Of a stretch of DNA of 64,000 nucleotides, positions 37,927-50,630 are shown piece by piece (position 1 is the stretch's first letter; every line of letters begins with the position of its first letter). The notes under the pieces were generated by a model. The model saw nothing but the letters and a program-made list of their open reading frames with translations. It did not search any database and had not been told where the DNA came from. The translations under genes were made by a program, and so were the position numbers. The stretch spans positions 10,622,461 through 10,686,460 of the forward strand of contig CM082596.2 in the NCBI GenBank assembly GCA_040954595.2. Reading direction: 5' to 3'. The stretch comes from Balanoglossus misakiensis. Taxonomy: Eukaryota; Animalia; Hemichordata.

Positions 37927-40167
37927 AAATCACCCAAAAAGATTTGTTGTCAATCAGAACAATTGGGCAACAAGATTTACAGGCATACATTAATGTTAGA
38001 ATTCTCCATCGGCCAAGCACTGACACACCTGTAAGAAAAAGAAGGCTGAAAACATTTGCCAACAAAATAGTGAAAAAAGTAAAATCCAAGAAAGGTGACA
38101 AAGACCATTGAACTATTACTGCCTGTTTAAAACTACAAATTGCACACTCAAAAAACTCAGGAGAACCAGTGAAGACATTAGATCAGTTTATTGTATTCCC
38201 AAGAGCCATATGCATGACTGATGGGTTACCCTACAAGGGATCAAAAAGTAATGTCACAGTTTCTTAATGTCACAAGTTTTTTAAGGCTCGGTATGACAAA
38301 CTGGTTCAAGAATTTTTACCATTTGGTTGGCGCGCAGAATTTATGATATTAGACGGTATGTTGGGCAATATGCCGATTTTTTTGTCAGACGTTGGCTTAT
38401 TCCCCGCTTCACTCAATTCTGTTTCGAAGTTCATCTTTTATTTGATGACCCGCATAGACTCGGTACAAGTCCTAAAGATATTCAACGTGCCAGGTAGGAC
38501 AACAAAAATGAAGAGTTGATTGAAATAGATGATATTCATGACTCAACCCCTCTACCACGAGAATGGTGAAAAATCATCAATTGTAGGCCAAACTAGAGAA
38601 AACTAGTGAACTTCTTGTCAGCCACATCTTTAAATATAATTGTACCGGCTCTGCAAGGTGATCATGTCCTCATTACAGCAGGTGGCTTTGATGGGGAAAA
38701 TAGGGACAAGAGTCTTTTTGTCGGTAGTTATGGAATTGTGTCTGAGTGGGAAGCCAAAAGTTGTCATGAAGAAGCTGACAGTAGATGCATCCTTCATGCA
38801 GTTCAGTCCTCTTACAAGAAAGGTGTTATTTACTCCCCTGATATCGATACTTATCATGTTCTCCTCCCAGTACTATATCAACATGTTCAAAAGGAGATAT
38901 TTGTACAACTTGATAATGATTTATCAAATCTCACTTATTTAGACATGAATCAGTTCAAATCAGATTTAAATTTAGACCCTGATTTGCAACATATTCCTCT
39001 CCAATATTTAGGCAAAATATTTCAAACACTGTTCATATGCACAGGTTGTGACTATGTGTCATACTTTGCAGGCATCGGAAAGATATCTTTCTACAAGACA
39101 TTATTTTCAATACTCTGAATTTGTAACTAGTGGCACCCTTATACCTGGAACACTGATAGACACAACAGTAGACAGTGTAGGGAATGGAATTTTCGCTTTC
39201 ATACGTTTAATAGGTAGTGTTTATGTTAAGAAACATTTCCAAGCATTTGATGCATCTCATCCTTTTGAACTTTATCGACAAGTAGCCAGTGTCACTAACA
39301 GTCTTAAAGATAACCACATCAAATGGCTCACATATATACGAGAAACAATTTGGCCACGTATCCAGTATGAGGAAGAATGTATCCCTTCCTTTGAAGCCCT
39401 ACAACTGCACTGGAAAAGATCATGCTGGGTCTCTGTTATGGTCCCAGGTCGATCAGTGCCATGTTACGTTTCCCTTATTCAATAATTATGGATACAGACT
39501 AAGCAACAGCGAACTTGATATTATTTGGGACAGTGATGCCAATTTAGAAAAAGTGAAAAATAATTTGGAGTTGCTAACAAAAGGGTGTGGCTGCAAAAAT
39601 ATGCCAACTTGTAATAGCAGATGTTGTAAATGTTATAAGACCCATAATGGTTGTGGCCCTGCGTGTCAATGCAATGACTTCAGTAATCCACATAATGGGA
39701 ACCCTGGATTCTGTACCACATCGAAAAAGTATGGGGTATGCCCAAAATATACAGATAAGTCACCACTATTAGAATCACCATCACCAATCACTGATACTGA
39801 ACATCATAATATGGAAAATAGCATTGATGCAATTTTACAGGAGGAGTCACATGAATTTGACATGTTAAGAGAAGAAGAGCGAAATATTTACGAGACTGAT
39901 TCTGACTTTGACGAACTGACTGATGAATATAACTGGACGGAAGAAAAACAAACTGATAATTCAAAGAATGGTGATTGTGATTCCAATGATGGTGACTGTG
40001 ATGACATTTAATGAATCATCAAAGAAATTGATTTGGTCTCTTGGGGGTTACAGCCCTATTGTGGTTTCAGTCATACCTTTCCAATCGCACCCAGTGTGTA
40101 TGTGTTAATTTCAGACATGGTTACTATAACCGTGTTCCAAGTAATCACCATTTTATCCGCTTGACAC

Positions 40168-40890
40168 TGGGGTAACACAGGGATCAGTTCTTTGTCCTAT
40201 ACTTTTTAATATGTACACTTCTCCATTAGGTGAATTAGTTTCTAGTCATGGATGCCTGTATATAGCTTTTATGCAGATGGCTCTTCATTGTCTTTTACCA
40301 AGAAGAATGCTCCCAGAATGCTTTCAAATCTTGAACGTTGTATTTCTGATGTCGCTACTGGATGTCTGAAAATGTCTTGTGTTTAAATAACGATAAGACT
40401 GAATCTGTTATTTTTTCTGCTACTTCGGGTAATGTATCTGCCAGAGGGATTACAGAAATTCATGCGATGCTCTGAAACCAGTTCATTGTCTGACAATGAT
40501 TGCACAGATCTGCCATTCAGTCGCTTTTCATTTGCAGCATATTGCACTTGTCTGTAAATATTTATCTCAAGGCGCCACAGAGCAATAAAGGTCCTTCTTT
40601 TGTTGCATTTCGAATAGATTCGTGTAATTCACTTTTGTTTGGGCTCCCTAAGTACTAGATCAGCCGTATTCAAGCTCAAAATATTGCTGCTAGTTCCAAA
40701 ATCACTGTTTACATCAATGCAATTTCAGTTCCACTGGTTACCTTTGTCTGATCGTATTGTTTTCAATATTTTATTTCTTATTTTTGAATTCATTCATAGA
40801 CTTGGACCATCATATCTGTCTGATATGATCAAATTATATGTTCCAAATCGAAACTTGAAGTCAGCTGATCAGCTCAAACTCTGTCCTGTT
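40168..40890 (+). mobile_element. Degenerate L2/CR1-group LINE reverse-transcriptase fragment
   Basis: GVTQGSVLCPILFNMYTSPL, FYAD, LNNDKTE and FHWLPLSDRIVFNIL...GPSYLSD...YVPNRNLKS appear in broken frames. Confidence 0.8.
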
Positions 40891-41871
40891 CAGCCCAATG
40901 CAATGATGAAAACAACAATTGCTTGCCTTCAGACACAAATATTTATTGCATATATCATCAGCGAATAAAGGGAAATGGTTTTGAAGTTACAGTTGGCATT
41001 TTGCATTTTCGAAATGTCTACTTATATCCCAGGCCACGATACGGAGAAAAAAAATAAAAATACACCAGCTGAGCTCCTCACACGTACATAGTCATGTATG
41101 GTAAACCTGGCATTCTGTCCATATGGGACCTACATTTGTAGGCGATTGATCGATGTTGTGTCGAAATCAGGCCAGTAATTAAGTTAAAACTTGGTTAATA
41201 CGTTACCTTAGGGTGTTATACATTATCCAGTAACTGTTTTACTTAAGAATTGCCTTTCAAAAGCTGTTTACCCACGGTAAACGTATCGTTTCACGATCAA
41301 CGCAACACTTCTGTATTTACAAGTCTAACATGGAGCCGGAGAGGTCAACGTATACTTCCGGGTCATATCGTCGAACGACATTGATTATTTTTAAGCGGAC
41401 TGTTACACAAGCATTTCGAATTAATTTCTTTTCACGGATGTTCGGACCGATATTAGACCTCTCTGTCAGGAAAGTTTGGTTAACTTCCGAGGTCGTTTTC
41501 AATGATTTTTGAAACGTTTGTGGACGTCTCTTTAGGGGTCACCAACATACCACCGAAAACACGTTAAAACTTCTACTACTATTAAGGACAGATTTTCATA
41601 AAATTTACGTCTGCAGTGAAAAATGGGAATCACTTTCGTAATTTATCCAGCTAACATGGTTTTTTATTGCACAACAGAGTTGCAGAAAAGGATTTAAGTT
41701 GCACAGAAATCAACATACATGTGTTGGTGAGTATCTACAATTTGGAGAGAAAGTAAGATGTATGGGTTTGTACAATGTAAGTGTCTTATACATGTATATT
41801 TGACACTGAAATCATATATTGTACAATCAGTCATTGGTAAATGTCTGCTATTCATGACACAAATAAAAAAA

Positions 41872-42066
41872 CAGTCAAACCTGTGTGAGTGGCCACCTCT
41901 ATTAGGCAGCCACCTCTATATAGTGGCCACTTTATTCTAGTCCCTATGCAATTTACATCTACATTAATTGACTTTTCTACAAGGTATAATTTCTACAAGG
42001 TATAATGGCCACCTATCTATAAAGGCCAGTTTAGAAAAGTCCCTTCACTAGCCACAATAGACACTT
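41872..42066. mobile_element. Degenerate Tc1/pogo-like MITE
   Basis: Starts cagtcaaacctgt with repeated ggccacctct words. The right end is decayed. Confidence 0.45.
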
Positions 42067-42513
42067 GTGTTGATTTCTGTATGTTTTACGTGTAACACAA
42101 TCAGGACATTTTTCATAAAGAGGGCAGCCTTCCAAAATAAAGTGTCATCTCAATGCAGACAATGTGAAAAAGGCGGTCAGTAGAGTACTGCTCGAGCTCA
42201 TCTAGTTTGTTGTATACATGATACATGTACAAGTTGTGTGTAAAACTGACCTTACAATAAAATGTGGCTGTCCAAGTACATAAGTTTCAACTATAGTGTT
42301 GATACAAAAGACAATCAAGTTTTTACTTTGTGACCAACTTGCCTCGTGTTCGTGTCGTGGAAGGGTAACATGACTGCATAGCAATGTTTTATTAAAATTT
42401 TGTACATAGAGAAATGGACTACTGGGAACTATGTAAATGATGCCCTGAGCCTAAAAATTCTGACTGTCTGCAATTATAGTTTTAGCATTTTTGTTCAATT
42501 GCACTTTCAAGTA

Positions 42514-42683
42514 CAGTCAAACCCGTCTAACACCAAAGGGACTGAAGAAATTGTTCAGATTGCAGGTGTCCAATTTAAAGAGGTTCTTTCAACATGTGGT
42601 TCTATGTCAAAAGGTTTGAACAATGTCTTTGAAATAGACATGTTTCCAGATTAGACAGGGTTCGGTTGAGACAGGTTTTACTG
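42514..42683. mobile_element. Tc1/pogo-like MITE, TA target
   Basis: TA|cagtcaaacccgtct ... agacaggttttactg|TA. A truncated copy with the same left flank lies at 27257-27343. Confidence 0.7.
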
Positions 42684-43785
42684 TATTTTGATACATGCTC
42701 TGGCTTAACCCTTTCACCACCACGGTTCAGTCTAAACCCTTTATTTTCTATGGTAAGGCTGGATCTTTAAAGAGGAAACTTTTTTTTTTCTGGGAATCTC
42801 TTTATTTCTTCTGTCACAAAAATTGCATGGGAGTTCTAATTCTAAAAGGAAAACTGATTTCATATAAGATCTCAAAGTCAAGTTTTGGATGTGGCTCCAT
42901 TTCAAGTATTGTAGGTGACTAGTTTTCCGGAGTTCAAGTCTTTATACTTGCAGTAGAGTTGGTCACATGTACTTGGGTAATCTGAGTGTGGTCAGAAATT
43001 GAACTTACACACATTGGGTTGAGTTAAGAATATGTCTGGTGTATTACTGTAATATGACTAGATACAGCAAATGCATTAACTATAAGCGTATGTTAAAATA
43101 CACAGTTTCCATGGACAAATCTGAGTGATGAAATTAAATACACATGTTCATTAAATCCCACCATGATAGAGCGCCCCCACTGTTCAGAATGTCCATTTTG
43201 AAGTCCTACATATATGATGTCATGCCTAGCTGTCAATGTTAACTGATGTGTACTTGTACTACTAGTAAATGGAAGTACTTTAAAGTAAAGCTCAGATGCA
43301 AGGTTTTGTAAAATAAATATAATATTAAAACGTTGCCATCATTTTAGCCATTTTGAACAGCGGTCCAATTGACTAATGTGATCACTCTGTATGCGGCATA
43401 TGGCATATTAAGCATTTAGTATTTTTCAATCAGAAGCCGTTAATCCTGTGATTAATTCTGCTTCTTGCAGCATTGATTTTAAATCACCACACATGAATAA
43501 TTTTGCCCAAAGGACTGCGGTGCCCAAGTGTTTATGATAAGATAAACAAACGGTGAAATTCACTGAAGAAGTGAGCGAGCACTTGCCCATTCATTGTTCA
43601 ATGAAAGGTGACCACCAAAACAAAAGTATTGAGAAAATAACCCGAAGTTGGAGTTACTGAGTTTTAAATTGATTTCAAGTGAAAAGCTTGGATTGGCTGA
43701 AGCTCCTGTAGTCAGTTACCTGTAGGTAGATTGACACACATGACAATGTTTGACTGTTTACACTTTTCTTTGTTTGATCTTTCAG

Positions 43786-45747
43786 AGGAATATTCAAGCA
43801 TTGCAGAAGAATCTAGAGATGGCACAGAAAAAAAGAACTTGAATTGAAACAACAGCAAGATCAACATGCCAGACAAAGTCCACTCATAGCACTAAGACAA
43901 CAACATCAACAACAACAGCAATTACAAAGGTTACAACAACAGAGAGCCCAACAACAACAACAACAACAAGCAGTGCAAGCACAGCCATCCAATATACAAT
44001 CAACAAATCAACAACTAAGTCACCTCTTACAAGTAAGTTGTCATAATAATGTGTACAGTGAATATTTTGAAAACCAAGACTGGTACCAGTGGCACTTCTG
44101 GGAATTGTTATGTGGGGAAAAATAAAATCAGTTTTCTCAAAAAGGAGCTTTCTTGATGGTACAAATAACATTGGTCTGTGCCATTCCCAAAATTATTTTA
44201 ATGTATTGAAGACCTGAAAGTCACACAGAATAAATTCAATGCACTATTTGCCCAACATGACAACTTTTCCCCACACAGATTTAGACGTGGTGGGTATGGC
44301 CGATTTGCCTCAAATCGGCCATACACACCACATCTATTAATATTCATGAGTTTACTTTTCTTGTTTACGTGCACTACTATAACAATTGGAAATCTAGAGA
44401 ATGTCTATTTCATCAAGTTGACAACCCCCACATGTGTAAGTCATGTACATAAACAAAAATAGTCTGGTGTGTGGAGCCTCCTCCCTTTTTGAAATACTTT
44501 TTTATGCAATCAGTCCAAACTCATGATCAGTCCAACCTGTTCAGTTTTAGTGTGGGGAAAAGCTGGAATGAAAGCAGACCTAAATTACAGACAACGAAAT
44601 ACAACAAATCTTGTCTCATTCTTATTTTCAATTCCTCTAGTTTTTCCATGGTACCAGTGTGGAAGCACTGATGATAAACTGTGGCAGACAGTTTTAAATG
44701 ACGACAATCATCTTACTCTTATGTACATATGCGTTAATTTTGTGTGTACAAATAACGTCCAATCCAAATATCTGCAAATTTTATGTGCGTGCATTCATAT
44801 AGTGGACTGCCTTCGCTTCCTTCTATATTTCTTGCACGCCATATAAGAAGAATTTAGTTTTGACTCTTCTTTTCACTCAATTTGCTGTCTTTTCCTAATC
44901 TATGACACAGACTATGGTTGCCGCCACCTTGTCTGTTGTTAAGACAGCACTTGTGGCATAGATAAAAAAATTATAACTAGAGTCTCTGCTTTGGCAAGTG
45001 TGCGTTAGACGATCAATACCCTTTAACAAAACTCTGCTTAGAATTCAAATCATATTCTTTTCAAAATGTCAGCATCTGATTACATAGTGAATTAAAGCTG
45101 CAAGCAGTGTTCACTAGGCCCAAGCAATTCCCAGGGTTCCTACAGAATGCCAAGGATTATCTGCTGTGGATACCCACAATTTTGTCAAAAGTTTTGATCC
45201 TAAACTGATCTATGTCCTACAAAATCGAAACTTCTAGATCTATTGGTTAGCCTAGAATTAGGAGTGTACATAATTAATTAGGTCAACGGGGGTCCTGAAA
45301 CTAACCATCAAATTTTAGACACAGCTTAAATCAATTTCCCATTGTACAGTTACTATATGCCGCCCTAAATTTCAGTCTGATTGACAAATGTGAAGAAAAT
45401 TAAAAAGAGATGTCGCCTGATACATTGCCATTTTCTGTGAAGTGACTTTAAAAGAAAACTGTTTTGTTTGTATTCAACTGAAGCAGCAACAACAAGCCAG
45501 CAGAACACAAGCAACCATTCCACCACCAAAACAACAAACAGCAGCAACAAAACAAACATGGCAACAACAACAACAACAGCAGCAGTTATCACAACAACAA
45601 CAACAGCTGTAACTAGGACAACAGCCAAGGCCGCGACCAAAGGTACCTCAGATGGGCTTGGCACCCAGCTTGCAACAAACACAGCAACAATCAAGTAGTA
45701 CTCTGCTGGCTGATGACCGGAGATTTTTTGATATTCTGAATCAATAA
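43786..45747 (+). pseudogene. Gln-rich terminal exons (43786-44031; ~45484-45747), probably the 3' part of the same MED25 pseudogene
   Basis: ttcag|RNIQALQKNLEMAQKK[+1 A]ELELKQQQ...QQLSHLLQ|gtaagt contains an LxxLL motif. The last exon is poly-Q with an internal TAA and ends LLADDRRFFDILNQ*. The MED25 assignment rests on order, strand and weak resemblance. Confidence 0.55.
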
Positions 45748-46460
45748 ATTTATACAGGAAACTGACTATAATGAACAGGAGACTGTTCATGCCTTTATTA
45801 CCATTGTAACTTCTATATACTAAATGAAACACAGATGCCCAAAGAAATGTCAAAAATTTCTCAAGGTATGCGGGAATTTTCAAATATTCCAGGCAGTCGA
45901 GTGTTGGGGATTTGGAATATTTATCACTCTCATTTACTGTATACAGACATATCCATTCCAAAGCTATCACCTCCACTCATTCTTCAGTGTTCCTTGATTT
46001 AAAAAAAAATAATTTTGAAACAGATCAAATAACACGAAATTGTTATTCCAGTGTAGTAACAGAATATACTGGGTCTGTACTAATTCTTGCATTAGCTTTA
46101 CATTGTTTCCATCACAATGCCCTATTTCAATATAACCATATTTGTATGCCGGGCGGATGTAACTAGTTGTCAGTGTCTATTGTAATACAAAGTCTGCCAT
46201 ACACAAAGCAACTGTGCATTGTCTTCTGGTGTGAAAAAAGATACTTAGGATGTATGTAAAATGGGAAATTTTCATGAGAGATAAATTCGCCCGAATCATG
46301 CAAGTGCTAAAAAAACACGAAAACTAAAAAGTCGCGTAAACATGTTTTTCAGAAATAATGATGAATTGAAATTCGAGAATGCGATAATTAATCGTTGCAT
46401 AACAGTTGCCACATTTGATATTATGAAAATTTCCCGTTGCGAAAATTTCATGTTTTACAG

Positions 46461-46833
46461 TATATAGCCATATTTTTTCCACTTCCAAAACTAACATCAA
46501 GAGTCATGCATGCCACTGGCCCAATAAAGCCTGATAGCTCTTGCTGGGAATTGTGATGTAACTAGCATCCCCCTTAAAGTCACTGACATTAACTGAACAA
46601 TGGCGATTGTGTGTAAGGTTATAGTAAAGGCAAGGCTAATTTAAATTTAAAATGGTACCAATCCTTAATCACACATATGTATCCTTTGACCAATCATTGG
46701 AAAAACAAAGTCCGTGATTGACTTCAAAGGGATGCTAATTACATCACGATTCCCTGCAAGGGATATTATGCTTTATTTGGCCAGTGGCATGCATAGTTTT
46801 TTGAAAGCAAAGCAGATAAAATACAGCTATATA
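46461..46833. mobile_element. Palindromic MITE with long arms
   Basis: tatatagc..atgcatgccactggcc..gatgtaactagcatccc is mirrored by gggatgctaattacatc..ggccagtggcatgcat..gctatata. Confidence 0.7.
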
Positions 46834-47933
46834 CTAGACTAATACCTTATTAACTCCTGATCATTGGAGAATGTATCTCTAAAGTTACTCTCTATCGCTC
46901 CCTCAGGGAAGAGAGCAGTAGACAGCTCTTTGAGTGTCAGAACTTCCAGTTGTATACCAATCATTTGTATTACCCAATCACAGACTTTGTGTTATTGGTC
47001 ATTTATCTATCCAATTGAAACTCATGTGTTCATTGGAGCATTACACCAAAGAAGTCACACTATAACAGTGACAATACAACACTTGCAAAAACATGGATTG
47101 CTCAGGTCAGCCTATCTGGTTCCAGATTATCTGTGACCCAACTAATGCAGCTATAATGAATGTGTTTGGTTATATACAGAGATTTGTAGATTGTATAAGA
47201 CGTGTTAATATCACACTCTACCATGGGGCAATGTATATTTATCTTGTGAAAGCCACAAAGTCACTAGCTCTTGATGTTCATTTTCTATTTTTGTTGTTGA
47301 ATAATTTATTATGAAATTAGATTGAAGCTGAACTCACGACATATGTGTGGACATAACACGTTTATACGTCCATGTCATAATTTTTGTTAAAGCCAAACAA
47401 TTAAATATCACCATTATAACAAAATTAACAACAATGTAACCCCGGGGCTGTCACTTATTTGAATGGATACCGATCCAGAGTTAATGTTTCATTGGAAAGT
47501 CTAACAGTGTTTTGAAATGTCACATTGTAATTTGAAAGTTTGGGCTTGGGCAGTGACAATGACATTGTTTGTGTACACAATTTGAAATGGAGCTCTATGA
47601 AAAGAGAAAAGTGGTGTGTGGAAAAGAATGAAATCTTTGGGCTTATATCAGGTGCCTTCATTTGACTCTCAAGGAGAGTTTTGTAAAACAATTAACTTGT
47701 TGTGTGTCAGCATTATTGGGAAAGATTAAGCACACACATGTATACAGGTTAGATTATAATGGAAAATCACCATCAGCCTTTTTTCTTAGCACTCTCACCT
47801 TTCACCCCCAGTTCCCTGTGTAGACATCCAACTTTTCCAACAGAAACAATGGATTTGGACAGAACCATTAGTTCATTTGAATACCGGTATGTATGTAATA
47901 TGTGTATTCATAACATACATCATGCTAACACTG

Positions 47934-48192
47934 TGTCATGATTCACCAGAATCCGTCACGTGATAAGAAAATAGAATCGACTATGAATCCCTCTAGGGAA
48001 ATAGCAGAAAATATATAAACTGGTCACGTGACCAACAGGATATAAAAGAATCCCATGCATATACTTTGTCAGTTCACCTCTGTAGCCAGACTGGCCATAC
48101 GTATGAACTGATGATGTCCCTGTTATAGGCATATGTCTTGTGAAACATATAAACCACTTTGGTGTGTTTTGTGTTTGGTGAACAGCGTGACA
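47934..48192 (+). mobile_element. Candidate solo LTR (TG...CA, ~260 bp)
   Basis: Ends tgtcatgattcaccaga / tttggtgaacagcgtgaca are imperfect inverted repeats. Internal TATAAAA at ~48040 and a GT-rich U5-like tail. No convincing TSD. Confidence 0.4.
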
Positions 48193-48871
48193 AGCATGTT
48201 AGAATCAAAGTATTACATGCATGTTAAGAAATATAGTCTGTTATATGGAAGTGACCGTCGTTGCCATATTATTAAAATCACATTTTTAATATCAATATTC
48301 ACATGTCATTGCTTTCTACGTTTCTTGAATTTCCTATCATTTTATGTTAACAAAAACAAGAGCCTTCTGTGACAACTTTCGAAAATATTTCATGTAATCA
48401 GCCATTCATTTTATGTGTGTGTGAATAATGACCCCATGAGGCTGTAGAATCATGTATAGTGCTGAAGGGGACGCCATTCCTCCATAGCTTTCATATTGCA
48501 TAAGATGCTAAGTTGGTATTTTCCACATATTGCTTTTTTGTACTGAGAGTTCTGTATGTTACGCAGTCCTTAAGAAGAGCTTTTGACAAACATTTCATTG
48601 TACTTTCAAGACTGCTACAGTATTTAGATATTATATGCAGTATTAGGAAGAAATATCTTTAATATTTTTATTCTAACAATTTTCCCATCATGCTAAACAA
48701 GTAGACAGAAATGTCATGTTAGGATTTTTGCATACATAAAATAAATATTCTGACAAAATAAGTGCTTTTGTCGGTCTCTTTGATTTCAGGTGAGGATCAG
48801 TATTTGTTGTTGCTTTTTCCAGCGTAGATTCCAATCAGAAGACAATTGTGATGAACAGTATGTTCTGTTTG

Positions 48872-49712
48872 ATTGGGACCTTATGAGATTGGTTGCATCT
48901 GTATGGATGTATGGGTGTATGTCCGTCCACATCAAAAACTTGAAAACCGCTGCGCGTACAACCTCGATATTTGTTGTGTAGATGCATACCGGGCTGTAGA
49001 TGGGAGTTTGTTCAAACAAAGTTGTCAATGCCCAAAATATGGTCAAAACTCAGAAAATCAACAACCACTGGTCATAATGATTCTGTATGTTTTGAGCTAA
49101 TACTGTGAATTTTCCATTTTTTATGCATATTTTGTCTTTTTCCACATATTTGGTAATAAAACCTACTTTCTGGAATTAATCAGCCCACCGCTTTGAAATT
49201 TAGTATGGAGCTTCATATAGGTGATCTGAGATACTAAAGTTTTGTTTAAATTGCTGCAAAATTTGCATAATTATAATTTTGGAGCAATTTTTACATTTTT
49301 GATCATTTTTTTCCTGTAAAACCGCTCGTAAGATCGCTTTGGAAATTTGCATGCATGTTCAAATCAACTTGAAGAATTCAATAGTATATTTTTGTGGTGA
49401 TTTTAACCATTTTTGTTCAAAATTCATTCTCAGAACCCTCTACTCCATTGCTTTCAAATTTGATTTAAAGGTTCCTTCCTGAGTTGTCATGATAATTTAC
49501 AAAACCAATGATGAAAGTGTCAATCTTTTGTGTGGGCAATATCTTGTATTTTGGGGGCATATTTTCCAATTATGAAAAATTATATTTCCCAGAAAGTGTA
49601 AGGCTGATTACTTTAAAATTTAAGTTAATAGGATTGGCTTATTTAGAATTATAATGGAATCAAATTATAGGTAATTCAAAACTTTTATATTTTGTAGGAT
49701 ATTTTGTTTTAT
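48872..49712 (+). mobile_element. HINE-like dispersed repeat, uninterrupted copy
   Basis: Colinear with 23060-23707 plus 25168-25420. Confidence 0.75.
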
Positions 49713-50329
49713 CATACATGCAACGCCCGTATTTGGCACTTTCTATTGTTCTCGTCCCGAAGATATTTTACGGTATTACACTGAGTGCAATATATCTTCA
49801 CTCCGCGTCTCGAACTATTTTTGAGAACGCTCGGCACGACAGTTCGCTGCGCGTGCGAGCGACGTACGGGGCATAGGACGCTAGTGGAGAGCAGTGTTGT
49901 AAAATTCGGTTATTAGAAGCTATAATAATGTTTTCAAAGTTGGCTGTTTTGCCATGTTGAATGTATCATTTTTACTTCTTCGAAATTCTCAATGCAAAAT
50001 AATTATTAACATGATAGTTTGAAAGAGAACGTAGACAATTTTATTTTGAATGCGGATGTGCCCATCGTAGTGAAAGCTGCCAACCCCCTTAAAATGATAC
50101 TACGGCCCACACGTCATACGTCACAACATGGCTACTGCCGTGATCCCAGGGCGCCCGTTCAAATTTGAAATTGTTTTTCTCGGCGCATTTTCGCAAATCG
50201 TACTGTTTTATAGGTAGGCATGTATGATAAAGGGGTTATTACACGAATTTTGGTCGATAACGCGACGCATTCTCGTGATGTCCGTATTTTGACGAGTTGC
50301 AAAGCAACGAGTCAAAATACGGACCCCTA

Positions 50330-50630
50330 AATATACAACAAAACATTTTATCTCCGCGACCAGCTGTTCAATTTGGTGCATGGACAGTGTTGGACTCTTG
50401 ATCTGTCTATGTTTAGAAAATTTGATCAAATTCATGATGACTTGGATTGAATTGAATCAATGTTTATTCGCTCTAGGAACACTTTATTGACTACAAACTT
50501 TTGTTTTGTTGTTTGTTGGATGGGTAAAATTTAAGACCTCTCGGCCAACGCGGAGCAAAGTTTAATTAGTTTGAAGTTGTGAAAATCGACGAAACAGAGC
50601 GAAAAAACGGCAATTTGCGCTGTCGGCACA
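50330..50630 (-). repeat. Diverged inverted fragment related to TTAA family C
   Basis: ttagaaaatttgatcaaattca, gttggatggg and ggccaacgcggagcaaag are reverse complements of internal words of 28532-29251. Confidence 0.5.

Larger units (their letters stand above)
32600..40011 (+). pseudogene. Academ (AcademX-type) transposase remnant: DDE-like core, OTU-like insert, XPG/FEN1-like nuclease, Cys-rich tail; many stops and frameshifts, three insertions; start approximate
   Basis: Ordered motifs: SIGNIDK..FHGTS (33.9 kb), VGDGKT..DWHTLKNY (35.9 kb), IRSGNW.LR..FHAYDR..LDEAHEMCINKDVK (37.1-37.4 kb), HEEADSRCILHA, SPDID, TGCDYVSYFAGIGK (38.8-39.1 kb), LHWKR, GCGCK..C..RC.KC....CGPACQC (39.6 kb), then an acidic tail. 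TIRs were not found. Confidence 0.78.

Noticed and set aside
38606-39118. Host FEN1/XPG/EXO1 repair gene
   Set aside because: It is intronless, decayed and contiguous with the transposase motifs and the Cys-rich tail, which fits the Academ architecture.
32420-40170. Academ terminal inverted repeats and TSD
   Set aside because: No matching pair was found by eye near either end, so the element boundaries are not called.
44282-44336. GC-rich hairpin as a terminator or miRNA
   Set aside because: The context is eukaryotic and repeat-rich, with no U-tract or expression evidence. It is more likely part of a small repeat.
45365-45976. 203-aa Val-rich, membrane-like ORF on - (and the Thr-rich ORF at 45468)
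   Set aside because: These are antisense or alternative-frame readings of the CAA/CAG poly-Gln exon.
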